A program made the position numbers and the translations under genes. Of a stretch of DNA of 20,000 nucleotides, positions 1-9,741 are shown in pieces (the stretch's first letter is position 1; each line of letters starts with the position of its first letter). The notes under the pieces were generated by a model. That model was not told the origin of the DNA and made no database searches. It was given only the letters and a program-made list of their open reading frames with translations. The stretch comes from an uncultured virus (IMG/VR IMGVR_UViG_3300034102_001074) (taxonomy: Duplodnaviria > Heunggongvirae > Uroviricota > Caudoviricetes). The DNA is taken from the IMG/VR virus record IMGVR_UViG_3300034102_001074; one strand, written 5' to 3'.

Positions 1-225
1 GTCTGGAATCATTTGCTTAGATGATGCACCTTGACCACTTAACTCATTGTTGTCTGCTTTTTCTAATCTACGCTTTGCGGATCTGCGAAAATTGTGACTA
101 AGACCAGAAAGAGAAAGAATTTCATCCCCAGACTTTTTAAATTCATCTGATCCAGTCCAAGGGGAATCTGCCTTAGGTGTTGAAAAAAGCTTTACTCCAC
201 TTACTTCTCTATTATTTTCTTCCAT
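1..225 (-). CDS. N-terminus of probable portal protein (runs off window)
   Basis: Open frame from ATG 225 (MEENNREVSGVKLF...LSGLSHNFRRSAKRRLEKA...SSKQMIPD), overlapping the upstream gene by 14 nt. Portal identity is recalled similarity to large actinophage portals; no diagnostic domain is visible. Confidence 0.45.
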   Translation of the reverse strand, partial: MEENNREVSGVKLFSTPKADSPWTGSDEFKKSGDEILSLSGLSHNFRRSAKRRLEKADNNELSGQGASSKQMIPD

Positions 226-544
226 TGCTAAACAACTCTCTCCAGTTTTCTGTATCGCCATAAGGTGTCAATCCTTCAGCCATTCTTTCAATATCTTCTC
301 TAGCCTGTGTATCTGTTGCTCTGCCAACTCCAGGCATAAATTTTGCAGTTCCTTCTGGCTTACCCCAATATGCTGCAGCATCTGCAAGTGCTTTCATTTT
401 TGAAATATCATACTGGATGGATGGGACATTTAGAGTATTGCCATCATTGTCCATAAATGGTTCTCCATTTGGCAGGACCCATACATAAATTCCAAGAGAT
501 GACTTGCTTTCTACAACACTTAGCTTGTTATTTGATTTTGACAT
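212..544 (-). CDS. Conserved hypothetical phage protein (110 aa)
   Basis: Clean ORF in the structural block. Extended -10 (TG-G-TATCAT) lies 6 nt before the ATG. Confidence 0.75.
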   Translation of the reverse strand: MSKSNNKLSVVESKSSLGIYVWVLPNGEPFMDNDGNTLNVPSIQYDISKMKALADAAAYWGKPEGTAKFMPGVGRATDTQAREDIERMAEGLTPYGDTENWRELFSNGRK

Positions 545-568
545 ACCACAATGATACCATAATCAAAG

Positions 569-3500
569 CTAGAATGGAGGCATTCTTGTAGATGCAAATG
601 GTACAGCGGAAGATTTATAATGAATTACCTTTTTTTGAGCAATAGTTGTTGTGTAATTATTTAAACTATCTCTCATAAAATAATAACCCCTATTGTCCGA
701 TCCTCCAGACACATATACCACCTGGTTATTTGAAGGATTTGTTGATTTAGTAACATATATATAATCATCTGTGATGGACGTTACTGTATATATTCCATTA
801 TCTGCACTATTTGTTCCTTGATTTTTAAGCAAAATTACAGTTCCTACTATTAATTGAAATCCGTCCATTCTTTTTAAATCTCCAATTCCATTAATAGATA
901 TTCTATAAGCTGATCCAGAAACTGGAACAACTGAATATATCATAGTCGAAGCAACATTTATTAATAAATTAGAAAATGAAGACTGTGATCCTATGGGCTG
1001 AAAAGTTCCTAGTGTAGATTTATAGTCTGAATCATTAATATACATAGCAACCTGAGATGCAGATCCATACCCTCTTCTTTCTGTAAAAACACTAAATGCA
1101 TTGCTATAAATTCTTTTTACACTATTTGCATTTGGTCTTCCGCTTGTAATTAAAAGATTATCTAGTTGCCAAGGACTTCCACCAAATCCAAATAACAAAG
1201 GGTTAGTGTTTGATAAAGATTGACCATCATTAAATACAATTGCATAATGATTCCAAATATTAATATTATATGTTTTTGCAGAGTCGTAAAGATCTCCATT
1301 AATATATAATTTTGCAACTCCTGTTGATGGATCTAGTATGCCACTAGCTCTAGTTGACCATTTAACTTCTGTAGTACCGTATTTTAATAAATTAAAATCA
1401 GTTACTTCAGACCTTGCTCTTCCAGCAAACATAATTGAATAAACTGTGCCAGACTCATTTGTTGGGGTTATGGTTAGTGGTAAACTTATATAGTTTGATC
1501 TTTCAAGCACACCAGTTCCAGTTTTTCCAACCATGACTCCAGTAGTAAATGATCTGTATAAATCTGTTTTTCCTTTAATTTCAGGAATGCTTTTAAATGG
1601 CAATTGAGAAGATGATATTTCCTGAGAATACAGTCTTGGATTTGCACCTCTACTATCAGTATTGATCTCTAAATATTTCAAAGAACCGTCTGTTTTTGTT
1701 TCGTAAGAATATATTCTTAAATAATTTAAAACTCCAGGATATCTTTCATTATCAAAAGATCTTAGAGTTCCTTTAACATTAAAATATAATTCGCTAACTT
1801 TTGGTGGACTGGAAGAAAATACTGGAACATGCAAATATCTAATATCTATTGCATTTGCTTCTGTAATAACATCTGTTGTTACACCGTTTACTGTTTTTTC
1901 AACAGAGTATTTAACTTCTGCAACATTAGATCCAACCTCTGCTGCAATTGGAAATCTTAAATCGTTTACTGAAGAGTTTAAAAATTCTGTAGGAACTAAA
2001 TCTGCAAGAGAAAATCCAAATTCAAAAGTTCCATTTACTGCAACACCAAATCTTTCTTCTGATTTAATTGGATATGCTTGATAAAGCAAAGACTTATATC
2101 TATCTGGATAGTCAGCAATGTCCGTTATTCCAGTTAAGTCTTCTTCATGAATATCTATTTGCCAAAGCTTTCCGTCAAATCTTTTTGTTTGAGACAAAGA
2201 AATTCCTGGAGGAACTGTTTCATTGAAAAATACTGGTGCTGTTCCAATTCTAATATATCCATCTTGAAGTGGAAATATGCTTATAGAAGAAGACGTAGTT
2301 GTATTAATTCCAGTAGAAGAATCTTTTATTCCAATCTTAATTTTTCCATCGGAAATAACATACAGGGAAATAGTAAAAGTGTTTCCTTGTAAAATAAAGT
2401 TACCACCAGAAACTCCTCCTATCATTTGTGTCTCTGCTGCTCCATTTATAGACTGCTTTAGATTAATAACGCTTCCAGTTATTGTTGCAGATATTGAGCT
2501 ATTTGAAGATTTTGACCCAATATAAAATAGTTGCTGCTGATTGCTTCCATGTCCAGTAGAAGGTATAGAAAATTTAAAAGATATTCCAGAAGTTTTACTG
2601 TTTGTTATTTTTTCATAGTTTGGTATTTCTACATAAGAATAGGCATTGTTTGGAAACTGTATAAAATCAATAGAGGATTCTGTTCCAAACATATCTGACT
2701 TTGTTACATTTTGTGTAGATGATAAATATATATCTACTTTTGGTTGAGGCTTTGTAACTAGATTGTTATTTGAAAACTCTAGTCTTTCGTAAACTGTTGA
2801 TGGGTTCCATGTTGTAGAAGAAAAATAGTCTAATTTTTTTGATGGAATAGTAGATTGCATAACTAAGTCGTAAGCGGTTCCACCAAAATTTGAAGCAAGA
2901 GTTTTATTTATTGTATGACCAAGACCATAAACATAATGTCTTTTACATGCATCAAGGGATAATTGATAGTCATAAAGTGCTACTGTGTCATAAGATACAG
3001 ATAGAAATGCTGGTGCTGTTGAAGTTAGTGGGGCTGGAAATTTAAATTCAAATTTTTTATCTGACTCTCCAGATGGTTTTGACAAAAACAAGTCTTTTTC
3101 AATTACAACTTTTCTTCCAGGTTTTCCATTTACAACAATCTGAATTGATGTTGGGCTGTACAAACATACAACATGAAGAGGAGTATTAAAGTTTTCAATA
3201 TGTATTTCTGAATCATAATAAGGCTTTCCATAGTCTCCAACTCTAAAAACTAAATATTCAAAGTTTTTAACATATACCCCAGTTGAAGAATTTCCAAAAT
3301 TTGTATTTTCTCCTTTAAGTCTTACTACTGTAGATTCTCCAAATAATATAGATTCATCTGATCTATCAAAATCTTTTGGCAACTCTAAATTCATCCAAAA
3401 CTCCAATGAACATGATTTTGATTGTGAGGATGGTGAAAAAAACTCTAAAGATGGAACGTCAAATAACGTGTTGCTTGTAGCATAATCAGAGCTCCAAGGA

Positions 3501-3694
3501 CCATTATTTGTAATGCTTGTTACACCAGAATAAGTAATTGGTATTTTGCCTTTAAAAAACTTTCCAGTTTTATATGACCCATTATTGGCTGATCCAGAAA
3601 AAGAATCTGCAAGAACAGAATTTGTTGAATCTGGCTCATCTAAAGCCCAAACAACTTTTGGATTATCTACTAAAATAAGACTGGAATAAGACAT
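569..3694 (-). CDS. Large virion/tail protein with LamG/concanavalin-like domains (1041 aa)
   Basis: N-terminal YSSLILVDNPKVVWALDE, SLEFW, HVVCLY and YDTVALYDYQLS...HY motifs, plus a later WNHYAIVF. Ser/Thr/Gly-rich. Confidence 0.7.
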   Translation of the reverse strand: MSYSSLILVDNPKVVWALDEPDSTNSVLADSFSGSANNGSYKTGKFFKGKIPITYSGVTSITNNGPWSSDYATSNTLFDVPSLEFFSPSSQSKSCSLEFWMNLELPKDFDRSDESILFGESTVVRLKGENTNFGNSSTGVYVKNFEYLVFRVGDYGKPYYDSEIHIENFNTPLHVVCLYSPTSIQIVVNGKPGRKVVIEKDLFLSKPSGESDKKFEFKFPAPLTSTAPAFLSVSYDTVALYDYQLSLDACKRHYVYGLGHTINKTLASNFGGTAYDLVMQSTIPSKKLDYFSSTTWNPSTVYERLEFSNNNLVTKPQPKVDIYLSSTQNVTKSDMFGTESSIDFIQFPNNAYSYVEIPNYEKITNSKTSGISFKFSIPSTGHGSNQQQLFYIGSKSSNSSISATITGSVINLKQSINGAAETQMIGGVSGGNFILQGNTFTISLYVISDGKIKIGIKDSSTGINTTTSSSISIFPLQDGYIRIGTAPVFFNETVPPGISLSQTKRFDGKLWQIDIHEEDLTGITDIADYPDRYKSLLYQAYPIKSEERFGVAVNGTFEFGFSLADLVPTEFLNSSVNDLRFPIAAEVGSNVAEVKYSVEKTVNGVTTDVITEANAIDIRYLHVPVFSSSPPKVSELYFNVKGTLRSFDNERYPGVLNYLRIYSYETKTDGSLKYLEINTDSRGANPRLYSQEISSSQLPFKSIPEIKGKTDLYRSFTTGVMVGKTGTGVLERSNYISLPLTITPTNESGTVYSIMFAGRARSEVTDFNLLKYGTTEVKWSTRASGILDPSTGVAKLYINGDLYDSAKTYNINIWNHYAIVFNDGQSLSNTNPLLFGFGGSPWQLDNLLITSGRPNANSVKRIYSNAFSVFTERRGYGSASQVAMYINDSDYKSTLGTFQPIGSQSSFSNLLINVASTMIYSVVPVSGSAYRISINGIGDLKRMDGFQLIVGTVILLKNQGTNSADNGIYTVTSITDDYIYVTKSTNPSNNQVVYVSGGSDNRGYYFMRDSLNNYTTTIAQKKVIHYKSSAVPFASTRMPPF

Positions 3695-3710
3695 GGGTAC
3701 CTCTTATACA

Positions 3711-5654
3711 TTATACAGTTTTAGCGGTACCAAAATCACTTATATCACAAGCACCTGCAACACATGCAAGATCCTGAACACTAGTAGTTCCGTCAAATGT
3801 TTCATAGATTTCAAGCCACTTCCAATCAAGGTCTGCAGGAGTTTCAGAAACTAGTGCTTCATATTCTTCCTTTGTGCATTCTTGATATGGTGCTTGCTGA
3901 TAAGTATGCTCTGAATAAGGTAAGAAAGATACGCCAGACATTTCATCAATATGGTCATATACCCAAGCACCTACTGCCATCCATTCACTTTCTTTAACAG
4001 AAACAGTAATAGAAGGCTTATGCTCTGCCCAATGTCTTTGGTAGGTAAGCCAGATATCTAAATGCTGTACGGCAGTTAAATCTTGACGAAGTGTTGCACC
4101 TTCTGGTGCAGCAATAGGAAATGAAAATACCATAGTGTCGTTTGGCTTCATTACATCTGGCTCATGCTTAATTCCCATATCTACTAAAAATGATGTAATT
4201 GGGTCTTTCATATCTCCACGAATTGTTCGTGTGTAATATTGAGAGTGCCATGGATGCATACCTGAAGATGCATTTACTAATTGAGAAACTGTGCCAGATG
4301 GCTTAACGCATGTAATTGCTGCTGCCTGGTTTACTCCAATTTCTTTAGCCCACTTTGCATTAACTTTAACTGCATGTTCACGCATTTCATCAAGCCACTT
4401 AGAAAGCTCTTCTACGCCTCTAGAACCATTCAGGACAGGATGAGATAGCTGACCTGTTAGTGAGACACCAAGTAAACTTTCTTCTTCTGAGTTCTTCTGC
4501 CAGATTTTTCTTAGGTACTTAAATCTAGTAAATGAGGATTGAACGGTTCCAAGAATAGTTGCCAATTCAACCTTGTCTTTTAGTTCCTCAAGAGTGTCTG
4601 TATCACGAACAATAACTTCTGTAAGGTTACAGAACTGGTAAGGGCGTAGAATAATCTCAGAACATGGGTTTGTTCCAAAGTCTACAGTATGATCTCTACG
4701 ACCATTCTTTTCTGCAACATTTTGTGCTGCTGCACGACTAAAGATTCCACGCTCTCCTGACTTTGAGTCATATAATGCTTTCCACTCATCCATAAATACT
4801 TCCATGGTTGGACGAGTTCCATAAACTGCAGAATTATTTGCAAGAGCTCTTTGACCTGAATATTCCCACCATGAACCAGACTTTGCTGCTGCCATATTTC
4901 TATCTTCTAGGTCTGAAAGTGAAATCATTGCTGACCTACGAACTCCACCAACAACTACGACTTCTGCAATCTTACACATTAAGTCATGTGCCTCTAGTGG
5001 TGTAAGCTTTCTACCTGCTGCACCCTTAACAATTGCAATGGAAAACTTAAACAAACGATCTAATGGATCTGGACCAGATGCACGACCACCAAAAGTCTTA
5101 AGACGAGCACCTGCAGGACGAACCTGAGACATGTCCCAAGATGGAATTTGACCCTGCCATAAAAGTGCAAGAAGTTCTTTTAATGATCTAGCCCATCCTG
5201 CTTTGGAATCTTCTACAACAATAGTGGTATCTGTTTTTTCAAAATGTTCGGAAATTTCTGGCAACTGATTTACATAACGTGACTCTACTGAGTATCCAAC
5301 ACCAGTTCCACACATAAGAATATACATAGCTTCATCAAAAGATCGGAGAGAATCTACTGGAAGATAAGAGCAGTTGTAGAGGCATGTGCTATCACGATCT
5401 AAGGCAGGTCCTGCAGTCATTAAGCCTCTCATGGATGGCATTACCCTAGTTGTTAAAATAGCCTCTGAAATTTGTTTCTTAATCTTGTCAGACATAGAAT
5501 ATCCATTGTGCTTTTCCAATGCCTCGAACATGTATGTGGTATAACGACTTACTGTTTCGTCCCAGTTCTCTCTACGATTCTCTGCTTCCATCCATCGTGC
5601 ATATCGTGTTTTGTGAATTACCTGCTGATAAGCGGTGGGTAAAACATAAGTCAT
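3711..5654 (-). CDS. nrdJ: Class II (adenosylcobalamin-dependent) ribonucleotide reductase
   Basis: RYARW..RRENWDETV, VMPSMR, GGVRRSAMISLS, catalytic TNPCSEI, TCVKPSGTVS, YQQAPY, C-terminal CVAGAC. No adjacent beta-subunit gene. Start 5654 preferred for GGAG spacing (5663 alternative). Confidence 0.9.
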   Translation of the reverse strand: MTYVLPTAYQQVIHKTRYARWMEAENRRENWDETVSRYTTYMFEALEKHNGYSMSDKIKKQISEAILTTRVMPSMRGLMTAGPALDRDSTCLYNCSYLPVDSLRSFDEAMYILMCGTGVGYSVESRYVNQLPEISEHFEKTDTTIVVEDSKAGWARSLKELLALLWQGQIPSWDMSQVRPAGARLKTFGGRASGPDPLDRLFKFSIAIVKGAAGRKLTPLEAHDLMCKIAEVVVVGGVRRSAMISLSDLEDRNMAAAKSGSWWEYSGQRALANNSAVYGTRPTMEVFMDEWKALYDSKSGERGIFSRAAAQNVAEKNGRRDHTVDFGTNPCSEIILRPYQFCNLTEVIVRDTDTLEELKDKVELATILGTVQSSFTRFKYLRKIWQKNSEEESLLGVSLTGQLSHPVLNGSRGVEELSKWLDEMREHAVKVNAKWAKEIGVNQAAAITCVKPSGTVSQLVNASSGMHPWHSQYYTRTIRGDMKDPITSFLVDMGIKHEPDVMKPNDTMVFSFPIAAPEGATLRQDLTAVQHLDIWLTYQRHWAEHKPSITVSVKESEWMAVGAWVYDHIDEMSGVSFLPYSEHTYQQAPYQECTKEEYEALVSETPADLDWKWLEIYETFDGTTSVQDLACVAGACDISDFGTAKTV

Positions 5655-5763
5655 TAAAATCATCTCCGTTTAAAAAATATTTGATTCGCTGAATAGCGAG
5701 TACCTCTATTCTACACCATATTGGTCACAGTTCCAAAATCGGGGTGTGTGATAAGATTAAGTC

Positions 5764-5991
5764 ATGATAACAATACAAGAATTACATATTTACAATAAAT
5801 TACAATCAGCTGGTGTAGTTGCAAAAATTAAATGTCCAGGAAATCCAGATCATATGTATATGCTTCCTTGGTTTACAGAATCAGAAGAACCAGTATTTAA
5901 GTGCATAGCTTGTAATACAATATTACATTTAGGTAACGATTTAATAAAAAAGATTAAATTCCTAGTCAGTGAACTAGGAAGTAGTGTATAA
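5764..5991 (+). CDS. Small putative Zn-binding protein (75 aa)
   Basis: CPGNPDH and CIAC ligands. TG-A-TAAGAT lies 6 nt before the ATG. Confidence 0.7.
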   Translation: MITIQELHIYNKLQSAGVVAKIKCPGNPDHMYMLPWFTESEEPVFKCIACNTILHLGNDLIKKIKFLVSELGSSV

Positions 5992-6073
5992 TTGTTATTT
6001 ATATAATATAGATAGTTTTAAAGTATTATTATATTAATAATATAATTTATATTAATTATATAATTATATATTA
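5992..6073. other. Extremely AT-rich tract between convergent genes
   Basis: 4 G and no C in 5992-6073; 6024-6073 is pure A/T. Confidence 0.8.
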
Positions 6074-6412
6074 GGAAGCAGACGAAACATCTGCAGTAAC
6101 TAAAATTGGACCAGTTAAAATTGTAGTCTTATTAGTTCCATTTGTCATTTCAACATCATAGACATAACTTTTATTTGGAACTAGATTTGCAGATTCAGTT
6201 GAAGGCAAAGTAACTTTGATAACTCCACCAAGCAAACTTTCTTTTGTAACTGTAAGTGTTGCAGCTACTGTAGTCTTACCTTTTTCTTTTATCTGAGCAA
6301 TAAAAGTTGAACTAGTAATATTTAAGAAAGTTGTCGATCCAGTTTTCAGTGTCATTTGAAAAGCAAAGGTATCTCCACGGTAAATCTTAAATGATTTAAA
6401 GCCTGGAAGCAT
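6071..6412 (-). CDS. Virion structural protein, BppU-N-like baseplate/adaptor domain (113 aa)
   Basis: IYRGDTF...IKVTLPSTES..L...YVYDVEMT...TILTG pattern. Its start overlaps the stop of the fibre gene. Confidence 0.6.
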   Translation of the reverse strand: MLPGFKSFKIYRGDTFAFQMTLKTGSTTFLNITSSTFIAQIKEKGKTTVAATLTVTKESLLGGVIKVTLPSTESANLVPNKSYVYDVEMTNGTNKTTILTGPILVTADVSSAS

Positions 6413-7962
6413 TAGCCAACAACTACCGTCTTAAGATCTGTAATCGAACTATTTGTTGTTACGGTTACGGTGTTTGCATCTGTAACTACGATTGCAGCAT
6501 CTACCTGAGCACCTGCAAGCCAGCATTGTACTGTTACGTCTGAAGTTGCAAGACCATGTGTGATGGTATGTGTTGTTCCAGTTGTTGTTGTAACATACTT
6601 TCTAGCAATTGCAATTTCTGAACCAGCAATACCTGCACTCCACTTGTCACTTGTTTCATTCCAAATAAGTGATGCATTTGTAGAATTTCCTCGCTCAACT
6701 TCAAGACCTGCATTCAAAGAAGGAGTTCCAGTTACATTTGAATTAAGTAAGAACAAGTTATCTTCAACATTAATTGTTGAAGTTGAAACTGAATTAATTG
6801 CACCAGTAACGTCAAGGTCTCCAGTTACTGTAAGAGTTCCTCCAATTGTTACATCATTTGGGAGACCAATTGTGATAGCTCCTGTGTATGGACCAGATCC
6901 AGTACCTGCTGACACTTCAATTTCATTTGTAGTTCCAGCAATACTTGTTACACCAGAGTTAGTTAGGGTAATAGTGTCTGTTCCTGCATTTGTGGTTACT
7001 GTTAATCCAGTACTTCCAGCAATTGTTAATGTGTCAGTATTAGAATCTGCGACAACGCTATCCTGACCAGATACAGCAATTGTCTTAAAGATATTTTGAT
7101 CAGAACCCTTGTCTGCGTTTGTAATTGTTACATCGCCAGTAGCCTGGTCAATTGTTATTCCTGTTCCTGCAACAATTTCTGTTACACCAGTGTTAGTAAA
7201 CGCTAGTGTTCCAGCACCACCTGTATTATCTGTATAGGCTACAGAAATTCCAGAGTGTGTTGCAGTTGTTATTAGATTTGCAGCAGTATCTTCAACGGCT
7301 TCACGGAAATCTGAAATTGTTGTAGAAGCGTGAGTATGAGTATCATTTCCAACTGTTGCTTCAAAACTTACGTTTCCAAGATTTGTTACAGTTCCGCTAC
7401 CAGTTACATCTCCAGTAAGAGTAATTGAGAAATCTGCTACGTCAAAGTCAAGGGTATTATCGGAATCATCATAGGATACTGAAATTCCACTTTCGGTATT
7501 TGATGTTACCATTCCTCCAACTGCGTCAGCAACTGCTTCATTAAAGTCTGAAATTTTTGTTGATTCAAGGCTAGGAATGTCTGCAGCTACAAGTGATCTA
7601 AATGTTGGAATAGCTGCTGTTGAGCCAGAACCTGGACCAGCAAGAACAGTGTTAACTGCTGCTGTGTTCCATTCAAATGCTAGTGTTCCTGAAGCGTTAG
7701 CAGGAGATCCTGATACTGTAAATAGGTCTGGGGCATCTAGAGAGATAGAAATTGTTGGAACGTCATCGGTATAAGCGATTGTCTTCCATGCAGTTCCATT
7801 GTAAAGTCTTAGATGATTCTGATCACCACCTGAGCCAGTAAAGTAAATAATACGACCAGAAGTTAGGTCGGAGCTTGGATTTGTTGAAAAATCCTCAAAG
7901 ATAAATCTTTTTGCCTTGTTTAATCCAAGGTCTAAATCAACTGTAAACAGTCTTGATGCCAT
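6412..7962 (-). CDS. Tail fibre-like structural protein (516 aa)
   Basis: Thr/Gly/Ser-rich repeats (ISDFNEAV/ISDFREAV, GVTEIVAG/GVTSIAG), GLEVERG...WNETSDKW, C-terminal ITHGLATSDVTVQ. Confidence 0.75.
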   Translation of the reverse strand: MASRLFTVDLDLGLNKAKRFIFEDFSTNPSSDLTSGRIIYFTGSGGDQNHLRLYNGTAWKTIAYTDDVPTISISLDAPDLFTVSGSPANASGTLAFEWNTAAVNTVLAGPGSGSTAAIPTFRSLVAADIPSLESTKISDFNEAVADAVGGMVTSNTESGISVSYDDSDNTLDFDVADFSITLTGDVTGSGTVTNLGNVSFEATVGNDTHTHASTTISDFREAVEDTAANLITTATHSGISVAYTDNTGGAGTLAFTNTGVTEIVAGTGITIDQATGDVTITNADKGSDQNIFKTIAVSGQDSVVADSNTDTLTIAGSTGLTVTTNAGTDTITLTNSGVTSIAGTTNEIEVSAGTGSGPYTGAITIGLPNDVTIGGTLTVTGDLDVTGAINSVSTSTINVEDNLFLLNSNVTGTPSLNAGLEVERGNSTNASLIWNETSDKWSAGIAGSEIAIARKYVTTTTGTTHTITHGLATSDVTVQCWLAGAQVDAAIVVTDANTVTVTTNSSITDLKTVVVG

Positions 7963-7994
7963 GATAATCAGTTTTCCCTATTGAAGTAACAGGG

Positions 7995-8456
7995 CTAAGT
8001 TAGATACGCTGTACCGCTTGAAGCACTGTTCATTACAATTTTAACAGTATTACTGTTCAAATACACTAAGTCAGTTTCAAGAATTCTACTTGCATTGTCT
8101 AGGACAGTAACATTTGGATAAAAGTTTAAATTATGGTTAATTGTCCATTCATTAGAAATAGAGGTTTGGGTGTGGACATGTCTAACATGATTTACTGGAT
8201 TTGAGCCAATATCTGGATAGTCAATTACCACCACTCCAGTCTTTCCATTAACTGAAGTTACTGCACTAATAGCCTCAACTACGGAAAGCTCAACATTAAA
8301 GTTTTCTTGTGAGGCAACCACATTAGCCTGACCAGTTTCAAAGTCATATGTGGTGGTTGATCCAACAGTACTAATTCCATCATTAATTACTGGAGCTAAA
8401 ATTAGGGATGCAAGAAGATTATCTTCTTCTACTATGATGGATGTAATATCAGACAT
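7995..8456 (-). CDS. Tail-fibre-associated structural protein (153 aa)
   Basis: VTSVNGKTGVV and HTQTSISNEWTINHNLNFYPNVTV...SGTAYL motifs. Confidence 0.65.
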   Translation of the reverse strand: MSDITSIIVEEDNLLASLILAPVINDGISTVGSTTTYDFETGQANVVASQENFNVELSVVEAISAVTSVNGKTGVVVIDYPDIGSNPVNHVRHVHTQTSISNEWTINHNLNFYPNVTVLDNASRILETDLVYLNSNTVKIVMNSASSGTAYLT

Positions 8457-8463
8457 ACCACGA

Positions 8464-9405
8464 TTATAGCATTAAACGAGCTTCAACAGAATCTAAATGG
8501 TCCCTTACTACCTTTTCCCATTTCCACTCTTTGTGAACATCTAGTGCTCTTTTAGACTGAAGCTCTAATATGCTTTCGATATTTTTTTCAGTGTGTTGCA
8601 TAAGAGTAGCAAAATGGTTTAGGTCAGGTCTAAACATTTTTCCAGGATGTATTAGTTGCCAAGGATTATATACAAGTTCAGAATTAATAATTAGTTCTGG
8701 ACAGTGACGCTTATAGTCGCACCATCCATCTGTCATAACTACTGGCATACCTGTGGCTAGTGCTTGTAGTGGCATAAGACCAAAGCCTTCTCCCCAAGAA
8801 GGATAAAGTAGGGCGTGGTGCTGACCAACAAAGCTAGCAAGTTCTGAATAGGTAACGGTATCTACAACAACATTAATGTTTGGCTCATTAATTTCAAATT
8901 CACATGCAGAGTAAGCTTTAACAGTTAGCTCTACATCTTTTCTTCCAGCGTATAGTTCAAGAAATGTATTAATTGTTTCTGGTAAATTTTTTCTGTAAGC
9001 GGGATGACCCATATGAAGAAATTTTATTTTGTCATCTACTTTTCTTTCAATAGGAGCCCAGGTATCATCAATGCCATGGGGAAACACATAAATTTCTTTG
9101 TCTGTAAACTTACTAAATATTTCTTTGCAGAATTGATTAGGTACCCACATTTCATCAAGGTGAGAAATGTACTCTTCCCACATAGGCTGAAGCTCGGTAG
9201 ACTCCCAGGCTGTGTATCCAATTTTGTAGGAATCTTTTCCATGAAACTTATAGAATTGGGGATGGCTAAAAGTAACCTCAACTGGGTTTTCTCTTTCAAT
9301 TAAAAGACTGTGGCTTGTCTTACCAATATTGGTAATTATCTTATGTGTGGCATAGCCATACCCAGTCTTGATATTGCCATCGCAATTATTAAAACCAAAC
9401 TTCAA
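8464..9405 (-). CDS. GT-B fold glycosyltransferase (GT4-like)
   Basis: TGYG, GYTAWES, DEMWVP, PHGID, RKN and YPSWGEGFGLMPLQALATGMPV signature. TTG start. Confidence 0.88.
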   Translation of the reverse strand: MKFGFNNCDGNIKTGYGYATHKIITNIGKTSHSLLIERENPVEVTFSHPQFYKFHGKDSYKIGYTAWESTELQPMWEEYISHLDEMWVPNQFCKEIFSKFTDKEIYVFPHGIDDTWAPIERKVDDKIKFLHMGHPAYRKNLPETINTFLELYAGRKDVELTVKAYSACEFEINEPNINVVVDTVTYSELASFVGQHHALLYPSWGEGFGLMPLQALATGMPVVMTDGWCDYKRHCPELIINSELVYNPWQLIHPGKMFRPDLNHFATLMQHTEKNIESILELQSKRALDVHKEWKWEKVVRDHLDSVEARLML

Positions 9406-9419
9406 GACTTTACTTTCTG

Positions 9420-9719
9420 TTAGTTGCGTTCTAGTTTATCTAAACGCTCTTCAATACGACCAACGGCATCTTTAATGGATGTACCGTGGTTTGGTCTCAT
9501 TTCAAAAGATATGCAAGCAATTTCTTCTTCCATAAATCTTAGTCTTTCTTGCATTCCAGGACGACCATCAAATCCTGGTCTTGGCTCTTCACCAAAGTAA
9601 TCATCTAGGAAGTGTATAAATCTTTTTACAAGCTTTGTAACTTTATATAGTCCAACACCAATAACTCCAATTGCAGTTATTGTTGCAGCAATGGTCATCA
9701 ACCATTCATTTGGAGTCAT
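9420..9719 (-). CDS. Single-TM lysis-cassette membrane protein
   Basis: N-terminal TM helix. PNHGTSIKDAVGRIEERL resembles the motif seen in actinophage holin-adjacent proteins. Confidence 0.65.
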   Translation of the reverse strand: MTPNEWLMTIAATITAIGVIGVGLYKVTKLVKRFIHFLDDYFGEEPRPGFDGRPGMQERLRFMEEEIACISFEMRPNHGTSIKDAVGRIEERLDKLERN

Positions 9720-9741
9720 CGTCTATACACTTCCACAAAGA

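Noticed and set aside
5426..5447. TGTCAGAC inside nrdJ
   Set aside because: No TAnnnT at N10, and it is antisense within coding DNA; chance match.
5713..5728. Possible NrdR box upstream of nrdJ (ACACCATATTGGTCAC)
   Set aside because: Only a partial match, and single rather than tandem.
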